A stretch of DNA of 64,000 bases from Hyalangium sp. (GTDB lineage: Bacteria > Myxococcota > Myxococcia > Myxococcales > Myxococcaceae), in contig NZ_DASPHO010000392.1 of assembly GCF_035629615.1 (NCBI RefSeq), forward strand, positions 9,761 through 73,760. Direction: 5' to 3'. The translations under genes were made by a program, and so were the position numbers. The number at the start of each line of letters is the position of its first letter. Within the stretch, counting starts at the first letter, position 1. Below, in pieces: positions 46,406-54,851 of the stretch. Under the pieces are notes generated by a model. It was not told the DNA's origin and ran no database searches. It saw only the letters and a list, made by a program, of their open reading frames with translations.

Positions 46406-47956
46406 TCAGTCCGAGGGCGCGAGCCGGGAGAGCACGGCCTCGATGTGGTCGCGATCGAAGGGCTTCTCGACCATGGGGTTGAGCACCTGGGCGATGAAGG
46501 CCCGCGCCGCGTCCGTGAAGATGCCGCCGGTCATGAAGACCACTCGCCGCGCCATGGCGGGGAACTGCTCCTGCAGCACCCGGTAGAACTCCATTCCGCT
46601 CATGTGCGGCATCATCAGGTCGCACAGGATCACGTCGAACCGCTCCCCCTGGCGCAGCCGCTCCAGGGCCTGACGCGCTTCGGTAGTGGTCACGACCTCA
46701 TGGTTCCGGCTGAGCGCTCGCTTCAGGGCCGAGCCAACGGATGCCTCGTCATCCACGATGAGCAGCCGCAGGGCGCGCGAGGGCTGGGGCGAGGGGCCGG
46801 TGACTTCGCCGCGCGCGGGCGCCGGCGCTGCCGAGGGGAACACCACGCGGAAGCAGGTACCGGTCGAGCTGTGGCTGCGCACCTGAATCTCTCCGCCGGC
46901 CTCCGACACGATGGCGTGGGAGATCGCGAGCCCCAGCCCTGTGCCTTGTCCTACGGGCTTGGTGGTGAAGAACGGATCGAAGATGTGCGCCAGGTGTTGG
47001 GGCGGAATGCCACGGCCATTGTCCTCTACCTCGACGATGGCCTTGCCGCTCTCCGTGAAGGTGGCGACGCGCAGGTGGTTCTCCGCGGTGCGCTCTTCCG
47101 GGAAGGCCTGCACGGCGTTCATCAGCAGGTTCACCAGCACCTGGCCCAAGCGCGCCTCGTTTCCGGCGACAGGCGGCACGGCGCTGAGCTCCTGGCGGAC
47201 TGTGCAGCGGTGGCGCAGCTGGTGCGCGGTGACCTTGAGGGCCCACCCCGCCGCGGCGCGCAGATCGGCCTGCTGTCCCACCTCTGGAGCGCTGTGCGAG
47301 AACGTCTTCAGGTCTCGAACGATGTCGCGAATGCGGTTCGTCCCCTCCAGTGCTTCCACCAGGGACTGCTTCACCTCGGACAACAGCTCCGGCGCGGGGT
47401 GTGTCACCAGCTCCGTCATGCTCTCCTGCACGAACACGAGCGCCGCGGACACGAACGAGAGCGGGTTGTTGATCTCATGTGCCACCCCCGCCGCCAGCGT
47501 GCCCACGGAGGCGAGCTGGTTGGCCAACTGCAACCGCAGGCGCAGTTGTTGCTCTTCGGTGATGTCCCGCGCCACCAGCAGGAGCGAGCGCTCGTCGTCG
47601 AGGTCGATCTCTCTGAGCAGGGAGGCCTCCACCACCGCGGGCTCCCGGCCTTCCCGCAGCAGCCGGAGCACCGCGCACCCGCCGTCCGCTGGCCGGGCCT
47701 GGCGCTCCGCGAGCAGCTCCCGGCAGCGCTCCCGATCCTCCGGCGCGAGCAGCTCGATGAAGTTCCTGCCCATCAGCCTGCTCGCCGAGGGCGCTCCCAG
47801 CGTGTGCGCCGCATGCGCGTTGGCGAACCGGATCTCCCCGTCTTCGCGGACGATGACGATGACATCGGGGATGTTCTCGATGATCTCGAGAAACCCGAGC
47901 TGCTGCGTCACCAGACGCTCGGCCCACGTGCTCTCGGTGCTCATGTTCCCAGACAC
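46406..47956 (-). CDS. hybrid sensor histidine kinase / response regulator (PAS-HisKA-HATPase-REC)
   Basis: H-box LAAGVAHEINNPLSF, N-box LVNLLMNAVQA, G-boxes VEDNGRGIP / GTGLGLAIS. REC: LLIVDDE...DVILCDLMMPHMSGMEFY. Confidence 0.9.
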   Translation of the reverse strand: MSGNMSTESTWAERLVTQQLGFLEIIENIPDVIVIVREDGEIRFANAHAAHTLGAPSASRLMGRNFIELLAPEDRERCRELLAERQARPADGGCAVLRLLREGREPAVVEASLLREIDLDDERSLLLVARDITEEQQLRLRLQLANQLASVGTLAAGVAHEINNPLSFVSAALVFVQESMTELVTHPAPELLSEVKQSLVEALEGTNRIRDIVRDLKTFSHSAPEVGQQADLRAAAGWALKVTAHQLRHRCTVRQELSAVPPVAGNEARLGQVLVNLLMNAVQAFPEERTAENHLRVATFTESGKAIVEVEDNGRGIPPQHLAHIFDPFFTTKPVGQGTGLGLAISHAIVSEAGGEIQVRSHSSTGTCFRVVFPSAAPAPARGEVTGPSPQPSRALRLLIVDDEASVGSALKRALSRNHEVVTTTEARQALERLRQGERFDVILCDLMMPHMSGMEFYRVLQEQFPAMARRVVFMTGGIFTDAARAFIAQVLNPMVEKPFDRDHIEAVLSRLAPSD

Positions 47957-48099
47957 CCCCTGTCACTCCCGACGGGCACGTGTCTCGTCACGGCCGGGAG
48001 CAGGGGAAGAGTTCACCCATCCCTCTCAAGGATCACCATACCTCCTGAGTCGGATTGACTGCGCTGCTGACCGAAACAACATCGTGCTCCGTTGAAGCT

Positions 48100-50706
48100 C
48101 TAGCTCGCGCGCCGGGCCACCCGGAGTCCCAATGCCAGGAGCACGAGCAGCAACAGGCCCGTAGGTCCGCTCGTCGTGTCGCAGCCGCAGGGCCAGCCCA
48201 AAGGAGGCTCTTGGCCCGAGCCGCCGTCGTTCTGGCCATTTCCCCCATCGGGGTCAGGCTTGGGGCCCGCATCCGCTCCCCCGTCTCCCCCGTCGGGGAG
48301 GCCCCCATCCGGCGTCTCTCCTGGGCAAGGAGTTCCCAGGGCGGGGGCAAGGGGAATCGGGTTAGGTCCCCCATTCGGGAGCAGCAGGAAGTAGCCGTCC
48401 GAGGAGACCTTGTTGCTCAGCCCCAGCTCGTTCCGCGCGATCACGGTGGCGAAGTACCACCTGCCGGGCTCGAGAGGGGGGATCTCCAGCTGGGCCGTAC
48501 TCCGCGAGATGGACGCAGCGAGGTCCACGGAGTGGAAGGGCACGATGTCGGCGCATTCAGGGACGGTGCCCAGGCCAAACTCGTAGTTCGTGATTGCCTT
48601 CTCGCGGTCCACGAACTGCCAGTTGGCCACCACCGCCTGGGTGTTCGTCTCGATGTCGGTGTCGCCGCTGATTCCGTCCCTGACCAGCCCCAGCGGCGGA
48701 GTGAGATCCTGGGCGTTCAGGGAGATGAGGAACATCTCTTCGTTACCCCTGTAGGGAGCGTCGACCGTGCGCAGCTGGTGAGGCAGCATGTCGGACGAGC
48801 GCGTCATTCCTCCAATGAGGAGCACTTCGTTGTTCGGGCCTGCCCCAAGGGCTCGTACCTCATCCTCTTGTGAGCCGCCGACGTAGGTACCCCACTCCGG
48901 AACGAACCCTCCGTCCAGAGTCATGTCCGGGGCCAGGCGGATGACAAAACCTTCGGTCCCGTTGGCTCGAGAGTCGAACCCGAAGGGGACAGGCAGGTTC
49001 GTCGAAGTGGTCTTCCCTCCAATGTAGATGGACCGAAAGGAACCGGTCGTGAGGGCGAGCCCCTCGTCGTCCCCAGAGCCCCCCACGAGGGTGGAGAACG
49101 TCCTGTCGCCGGTGGCGGGCTCGAAGGCGGCCAGGAACGCGTTGGCTCCCTGCGGAGCGGAGCCGGAGGGAGACGAGTTGGGGAAGTCCGGGCCATGCGT
49201 CGTCCCCACCACCATGACGCGCTGGGTCTCCGGGACGTACATCACCCCTCTGCCGTCATCCGCCCCGGAAGCAGCTCCGATGAAGGTCCCCCACACTGGA
49301 GTGCCGAGCTGTTCGTTTAGCTTGAGGACCACTGCCTCTCTACCACCGTCCGTCTGGCTGTTGGCGGTGCGGGGGGCGATCCCCAGGGGGAAGTCAGGCG
49401 ACTCGGTATAGCCGGTGACATACAGCAGCGCGCCGCTGCCGGGTGGCTCACCGGCGACGATGGAGACGGCCTCCTCATCGAGGCTGCCACTGCGGACCAT
49501 GTTGCGCTCCACGGCCCCCGTGAACGCATCGATCCTGCTGACGAAGAAATCCCGCCTCCCCCGGGAAGGGCCCGCGTCCGAGGCAGACAGCTGCGACGAA
49601 GTCGTCGAGCCCGCGGCGTACAGCTTCCCATCCTGTCCGCGGGTCAAGGAGTAGATCTCCTCGTCCCCGGGCCCTCCGATGTACTGGATCCAATGGAGCG
49701 TGTCGCCGCCCGAGGAGATGCGAGCGATGAAGCCGTCCCTTCCGCCGCTGTGCGTCGCGCCCTGAGGCCCTGGTGGGAGGTTCGTGGAGGTCGTGGTGCC
49801 CGCGACGAACACGTCCCCAATCGCGCCGATGGCGAACGCCCTGCCGAAGTCGTCCCCCGTGCCGCCGATGAGGCTCGTCCAGAGGACGGTTCCATCGGCG
49901 TTGCGCCGGCTGACGACCACATCGGAGCGAGCCGAGGGGACATGGAGATTGTCGCCGGGGGGCGTGGGGTCAATGGGGGCCTGGACGTCGCTGCCGCTCG
50001 AGCCGACAAAGAAGAACTGGCCGGCGATGGCTGCTCCCAGGATGACCGTGATGTTCTCGAGCGCGTCGTTTCCCTGGGCGCCCACGAAGGTGTTCCACTG
50101 GATGGTGGGATCCACCCAGGCCGGGCGGCCGGGCTCATCCACCTCCACCTCGATGACGTACTCCCAGAGGTTCGTGCCCTTGAGGCTCACCTCCCGGTAG
50201 CGGCAGGGCACCTCGCGCGAAGTGCCATCCGCGGCCTCCTGCCCACAGTGCAGCCCCTCCTCGCGAAGCTCCCCGTCCGCCAGCTTCACCTCCAGCGCGC
50301 GTCCGTTCCCGGCAATCCGCAGCTCCTGGGCTCCGCGCCACTCGAGCCGCACCTGGCGCAGGTCCGCGCCCTGCTCGGCGCGCAGGCTGTACTGGACGCC
50401 GCCCTCCCGCGCCTCGAACCAGAGGTCCACCCCCGGGGCCACAGCCGGGTAGTACAGGGCTCCCCAGGTGGGCAGGTTCGTCTTCCAGTTCACACGCGGC
50501 CCCACGAGCATGTTGAGCCGGGCCTCCTGGGGATCGAGGGGCTGTGGTAGCACGGCTTGCGCCCTGGCCACTCCCCAATGCAGCTCCCGGGTGGGGCCCG
50601 TTGGGGGAGTGAGCTGCAGCGTGAGACCCAGGTCCGTGAAGATTGTGTGGGCCCGCTGCTGCTGCTGCACGTAGTGCCCGGGAGCGCCCGGCACGGGCAC
50701 GATCAT
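48100..50706 (-). CDS. SBBP beta-propeller-repeat / Fn3-like surface protein with MYXO-CTERM sorting tail; N-terminus apparently frameshifted
   Basis: Repeats DVFVAGTTTSTNLP, LYAAGSTTSSQL, LYVTGYTESPDFP, VMVVGTTHGPDFP, IYIGGKTTSTNLP. C-terminus GWPCGCDTTSGPTGLLLLVLLALGLRVARRAS. The in-frame N-terminus (ATG 50706, or TTG 50865) has no signal peptide. Confidence 0.8.
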   Translation of the reverse strand: MIVPVPGAPGHYVQQQQRAHTIFTDLGLTLQLTPPTGPTRELHWGVARAQAVLPQPLDPQEARLNMLVGPRVNWKTNLPTWGALYYPAVAPGVDLWFEAREGGVQYSLRAEQGADLRQVRLEWRGAQELRIAGNGRALEVKLADGELREEGLHCGQEAADGTSREVPCRYREVSLKGTNLWEYVIEVEVDEPGRPAWVDPTIQWNTFVGAQGNDALENITVILGAAIAGQFFFVGSSGSDVQAPIDPTPPGDNLHVPSARSDVVVSRRNADGTVLWTSLIGGTGDDFGRAFAIGAIGDVFVAGTTTSTNLPPGPQGATHSGGRDGFIARISSGGDTLHWIQYIGGPGDEEIYSLTRGQDGKLYAAGSTTSSQLSASDAGPSRGRRDFFVSRIDAFTGAVERNMVRSGSLDEEAVSIVAGEPPGSGALLYVTGYTESPDFPLGIAPRTANSQTDGGREAVVLKLNEQLGTPVWGTFIGAASGADDGRGVMYVPETQRVMVVGTTHGPDFPNSSPSGSAPQGANAFLAAFEPATGDRTFSTLVGGSGDDEGLALTTGSFRSIYIGGKTTSTNLPVPFGFDSRANGTEGFVIRLAPDMTLDGGFVPEWGTYVGGSQEDEVRALGAGPNNEVLLIGGMTRSSDMLPHQLRTVDAPYRGNEEMFLISLNAQDLTPPLGLVRDGISGDTDIETNTQAVVANWQFVDREKAITNYEFGLGTVPECADIVPFHSVDLAASISRSTAQLEIPPLEPGRWYFATVIARNELGLSNKVSSDGYFLLLPNGGPNPIPLAPALGTPCPGETPDGGLPDGGDGGADAGPKPDPDGGNGQNDGGSGQEPPLGWPCGCDTTSGPTGLLLLVLLALGLRVARRAS

Positions 50707-50834
50707 CGCCTGCTTGCTGGCGGGGCGGGCGGGTCCCGGGGGAGAGGGGGCGCCTTGGCCATGGCAGGAGGCGAGGCAACGAGCGACACGAAGACGAGAC
50801 CCGCGGTCACGCAGCTCCGGATGCCAAGGGACAT
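50703..50834 (-). other. 43-codon ORF encoding a classical signal peptide, out of frame with the SBBP gene body
   Basis: GGAGG 5 nt before ATG 50834. MSLGIRSCVTAGLVFVSLVASPPAMA|KAPPLPRDPPAPPASRR. Its TGA overlaps the body-frame ATG (ATGA at 50703-50706). Confidence 0.6.
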
Positions 50835-50912
50835 GAGTGCCTCCACCCAGGTCACCGAGGGACAAGGACCTGGTCTACGAGCCTCTGGGATACCGTGAAC
50901 CCCTGATGTGCG

Positions 50913-52436
50913 CTAGTCCTGCGCGGACAAGCCGAAGATCTGCCTCAGCCGGCCGAGAATGCGCCCCGCCTCGGGAGCGGGATCCACGCCACCCCCGCCG
51001 GCCTCCGCCACCGCGCGCAGCTGGGTGCGCCGCTGGGCCAGCAAGGCCGAGAGCTGACGGGCCAGCCGCGGCTGCGACACGAACAGGCGGGCGAACGCAG
51101 GCCGCCCCAGCTCCAGCAGCACCGAGTCCTCTACCGCCACCACCGTGGCCGCGCGAGGCTCCCCCGTGAGCAGGGACATCTCTCCGAAGTAGCTGCCCCG
51201 CTTGAGCCGCGTCACTTCCTGTCCCTTGCCCGTGCGCACGGAGACCTCGCCCGAGACCACCAGGTAGAAGGTGTGGCCCTCCTCGCCCTCCTCGATCACC
51301 CGCTCGTTCTTGCCGAAGCGGCGCGCCGCCAGATCTCGGCGGAGCTGATCCAGCTCCTCCGAGGTGAGCAGTGAGAAGAGATCCACTGCCCGCAGCAGCT
51401 CCAGCACCGTCTCGGAGGAGAACTCGGGCCGGGCTGCCGCGTCGTTGCGCATGTGCACCACGCGCTGGGGGAAGGGGAGCTCCAGGCCCTCGCGCCGCAG
51501 CCGGTACCACAGCCGCGTGTACAGCTCCTCCATGGTGTTGTCGGCCTGGGCGAAGTCCGCCACCCAGTAGCGCAGCTGGTAGCGGATGGCGGAGTCTTCG
51601 AACGCCCACGTTCGGCACTGCGGCGCGGGATCCTGGAGGATCGTGGCGACCTCCTTCATCACGTCCAGCACCGCCACCTTCACCTGGTTGGGCGGCGTCT
51701 CGAGCGAGATCCGGAGATAGATGTCGATGGCCACCGGCTCGTAGGCGAAGGAGAAGTTCTGCACCACGTCCTTGGCCACCTTGCTGTTGGGCAGGGTGAT
51801 GCTCTCGCGCCGGAAGGTCATGATGCGCGTGGCACGCCAGCCGATCTGCATCACCCGGCCCGTGTACTCCCCGATGCGGATGAAGTCTCCCACCTGGTAC
51901 GGCCGCTCGAGCTGCAGCGACAGGCCCGCGAACAGGTTGCCCAGCGTCTCCTGGAGCGCCAGGCCGATGACCACCGACAGCACCGCGGAGGTGGCCAGCA
52001 GGCCCCCCAGATCCAGGTTGAGCTGGGCCTGGAGGATGGGCAGCGCCGCCAGCCCGTACAGCACGAAGTTGACGACGTCCCGGAGGATCTTCGGCGTCGC
52101 CACCGGCGAGCGCAGGCGGATGACCTTCAGCGCCACCGACACGCACGCGCGGATGACGCCAAAGGCGAAGGTGAGCATCCACCCCACGTGGACCAGCTTC
52201 GCCAACGAGCTCGGCGCCTCTTGAGGGAGGGCCCAGGCCGCCACACGGAAGATCACGAACGCGATCAGGAAGCGGATGGCGCCGCGCAGGTCTCGCCGGA
52301 AATCCTTGTCCCCGCTGGCCGCGTGGAGCCCGAGCAGCAGGACCACCAGCACAGCTCCGACCACCAGGGAGAGATTGCTCTGCAGGAAGGGAACCAAGAC
52401 AGGGAAACTCTGACCGAGCCAATCCACGAGGGTCAA
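50913..52436 (-). CDS. MscS-family mechanosensitive channel with C-terminal cyclic-nucleotide-binding domain
   Basis: SVVIGLALQETLGNLFAGLSLQLERPYQVGDFIRIGEYTGRV (MscS core). cNMP domain FYLVVSGEVSV...GSYFGEMSLLTGEPRAATVVA. Confidence 0.9.
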   Translation of the reverse strand: MTLVDWLGQSFPVLVPFLQSNLSLVVGAVLVVLLLGLHAASGDKDFRRDLRGAIRFLIAFVIFRVAAWALPQEAPSSLAKLVHVGWMLTFAFGVIRACVSVALKVIRLRSPVATPKILRDVVNFVLYGLAALPILQAQLNLDLGGLLATSAVLSVVIGLALQETLGNLFAGLSLQLERPYQVGDFIRIGEYTGRVMQIGWRATRIMTFRRESITLPNSKVAKDVVQNFSFAYEPVAIDIYLRISLETPPNQVKVAVLDVMKEVATILQDPAPQCRTWAFEDSAIRYQLRYWVADFAQADNTMEELYTRLWYRLRREGLELPFPQRVVHMRNDAAARPEFSSETVLELLRAVDLFSLLTSEELDQLRRDLAARRFGKNERVIEEGEEGHTFYLVVSGEVSVRTGKGQEVTRLKRGSYFGEMSLLTGEPRAATVVAVEDSVLLELGRPAFARLFVSQPRLARQLSALLAQRRTQLRAVAEAGGGGVDPAPEAGRILGRLRQIFGLSAQD

Positions 52437-52479
52437 GCAGGCGGTTGACGCCTAGGGCGCGACCGGGGATACACGCACC

Positions 52480-53511
52480 ATGACGCTGGCCACCGTGGTC
52501 GGACAGCCCCGGGCGATTGATGCACTCCAGGCGGCACTGCGCAGCGGCGTGGTCCACCATGCCTACTTGTTCGCCGGGCCAGAGGGCGTGGGCAAGGAGC
52601 TCGCTGCCATAGGGCTCGCCCAGGCGCTCACCTGCCCGGAGCAGCCCGAGCTGGGGTGCGGCACGTGCACGAGCTGCCTGCGCATCGCCAAGGGGCTCCA
52701 CCCGGACGTGACGTGGGTGATGCCGGACGAGGAGCGGGTGGCGCGGGGGCTGGCAGGGCGCTCGGACTTCACCGGCACGCCCAGCCGGGACATCCGCGTG
52801 GAGCAGATCCGCGGGCTGCAGGAGCGGCTCTCCCTGCGCGGCCTGGAGTCCCGGCGCAAGGTGGCCATCATCGCCTCGGCCCACCGGATGAACGATCAGG
52901 CGCAGAATGCCTTCCTCAAGACGCTGGAGGAGCCGCCAGCGGACACCACGCTCATCCTCGTCGCCGCCGCGATGGACAGGCTGCTGCCCACCATCCGCAG
53001 CCGCTGCAGCAAGGTGCACTTTGGCCCGCTGCCGGTGGACCTCGTTGCCCAGCGCGTGCAGCAGGAGCGCAAGCTGGATCCGCAGACAGCGGCGCTCGCG
53101 GCCGTCATGGCCGGAGGCAGCCTGGGGCGCGCCCTGAGCCTGGATGTGGAGGGGCTCGCCCACCGCAAGGAGATCATCACCCGCTTCGAGGCGCTCCGGC
53201 CGGACGACGCCCTGCCCGCGCTGCGCTTCGCGGAGGAGTACGGCGGCTCGCGGGAGGATGCCGAGCAGGCGCTCACGCTGCTGTCTCTCTGGACGCGGGA
53301 CGTGGCGCTGCTGAAGGCGGGGGCAGAGGGGCTGGCGAACCTGGATCTGAAGGAGCAGGCGCGCGCGGCGGCGGCGCGCCTGTCCGAGACGGAGCTGCAC
53401 CGCCGCGCCTGGCTCATCGATCGTGCGCTGGGAGCCATCGCACGCAACGGCTCCCCCCGGCTCCAGCTGGAGCGGATGCTGCTGGAGTGGCTGATGCGGG
53501 AGGTTCGGTGA
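52480..53511 (+). CDS. holB: DNA polymerase III subunit delta'
   Basis: HAYLFAGPEGVGKELAA, zinc module CGTCTSCLRI, NAFLKTLEEPP, TIRSRC. Confidence 0.85.
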   Translation: MTLATVVGQPRAIDALQAALRSGVVHHAYLFAGPEGVGKELAAIGLAQALTCPEQPELGCGTCTSCLRIAKGLHPDVTWVMPDEERVARGLAGRSDFTGTPSRDIRVEQIRGLQERLSLRGLESRRKVAIIASAHRMNDQAQNAFLKTLEEPPADTTLILVAAAMDRLLPTIRSRCSKVHFGPLPVDLVAQRVQQERKLDPQTAALAAVMAGGSLGRALSLDVEGLAHRKEIITRFEALRPDDALPALRFAEEYGGSREDAEQALTLLSLWTRDVALLKAGAEGLANLDLKEQARAAAARLSETELHRRAWLIDRALGAIARNGSPRLQLERMLLEWLMREVR

Positions 53512-53519
53512 GCGCGGAG

Positions 53520-54830
53520 ATGGATGACGTGCTGGCGGAGGTGAAGGCAGGCAAGGTGGCTCCGCTGTACCTGCTGTGGGGCGAGGAGTTCCTGGTGCGC
53601 AAGGGCGCGGACGAGCTGGTGAAGGCGCTCGTGCCGGACGCCTCCATGGGGCTGAACTTCGCGGTGCTGGACGCCGCCTCTCCGCGCGAGGTGGCGCAGG
53701 AGCTGGCCACGATGCCGCTCTTCCCGGGCCGCAAGGTGGTGCTGGTGCGCGATCCCGAGTTCCTCGCGCCGAAGAAGGGGCGCGGGGACGCGCTGGGCAA
53801 GGCGCGCGAGGCCTGGAAGGCGGGCAAGCGCAAGGAGGGGGCGCGCAGGCTGCTGGCGCTGGCGGCGCGGGCGGGGTGGGGCGTGGATCAGCTCGATCCG
53901 GGGACGCCAGGGGCGCCCTCGGTGGAGGAGTGGAAGGAGGAGCTGGACGTGGATCTGGCCGAGGTGGATCTGGCCTTCCTCAAGGAGGCCGCCGCGTTCT
54001 GCCGCGAGGAGCGCATCAGCGCGCCTGAGGGGGACGCCTCGGCGCTGCTGGAGCTCTTCCAGAAGGGGGTGCCCAAGGGCCACACGCTGGTGCTGGCTGC
54101 CACGGAGGTGGACGCCAAGAGCCCGCTGCTCAAGCTGGCCAAGGACGAGGGCCACCTCGTCGAGCGCAAGGTGGCCGCGCGCCACAAGGATCTGGATCTC
54201 ACGGAGATCGCCCAGGAGTTCCTGGCGCCCTTCAAGAAGAAGCTGGGCCGCGGGGCGCTGGAGCAGCTCAAGGAGCGCGTCGGCGGCAACATCCGCCTGC
54301 TGCAGTCGGAGCTGGAGAAGCTGGCCGTCTACGCGGGAGACAGCGCCACCATCGAGCTGGCGGACGTGGCCCTGCTGGTGCACCACGCGCGCGAGGAGGA
54401 GTACTTCGAGCTGTCCGAGGCGCTCCAGAAGCGAGATCTGAAGGGCGCGCTGGGCTACGCCGAGGACGCGATGGGGCAGGGGACGCACGCCCTGCAGCTG
54501 CTGGGCGCGGTGGCCTCCATCGTGCGCGGCCTGCTGGAGAACCACGAGCGGCTGAGCCAGTACGCCAAAGGCACGGCGCCGCGCTCGTTCGATGACTTCA
54601 AGGCGCGCATCTTCCCGAAGATCGAGCAGGAGGCGAAGGCGGCCAAGGGCCGCGCTCCGCACCCCTACGCCGCGTTCCTGAGCATGCAGGCCGCGGCGCG
54701 CTACGAGCGCCGGGAGCTGCTGCGCGGGCTCGTGGCTTGCGCGGAGGCGGACCTGGAGCTGAAGTCCTCCGCGAGCGGGAAGCTCGTCATCGAGCGCCTG
54801 CTCTGGAGCCTCTGCACCCGGCCCGCCTGA
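53520..54830 (+). CDS. holA: DNA polymerase III subunit delta (long form, 436 aa)
   Basis: ATG 53520. APLYLLWGEEFLV, MPLFPGRKVVLV, later helical domains. Directly follows holB. Confidence 0.7.
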   Translation: MDDVLAEVKAGKVAPLYLLWGEEFLVRKGADELVKALVPDASMGLNFAVLDAASPREVAQELATMPLFPGRKVVLVRDPEFLAPKKGRGDALGKAREAWKAGKRKEGARRLLALAARAGWGVDQLDPGTPGAPSVEEWKEELDVDLAEVDLAFLKEAAAFCREERISAPEGDASALLELFQKGVPKGHTLVLAATEVDAKSPLLKLAKDEGHLVERKVAARHKDLDLTEIAQEFLAPFKKKLGRGALEQLKERVGGNIRLLQSELEKLAVYAGDSATIELADVALLVHHAREEEYFELSEALQKRDLKGALGYAEDAMGQGTHALQLLGAVASIVRGLLENHERLSQYAKGTAPRSFDDFKARIFPKIEQEAKAAKGRAPHPYAAFLSMQAAARYERRELLRGLVACAEADLELKSSASGKLVIERLLWSLCTRPA

Positions 54831-54851
54831 GCCCCGCTCCGGGACGCGGAC

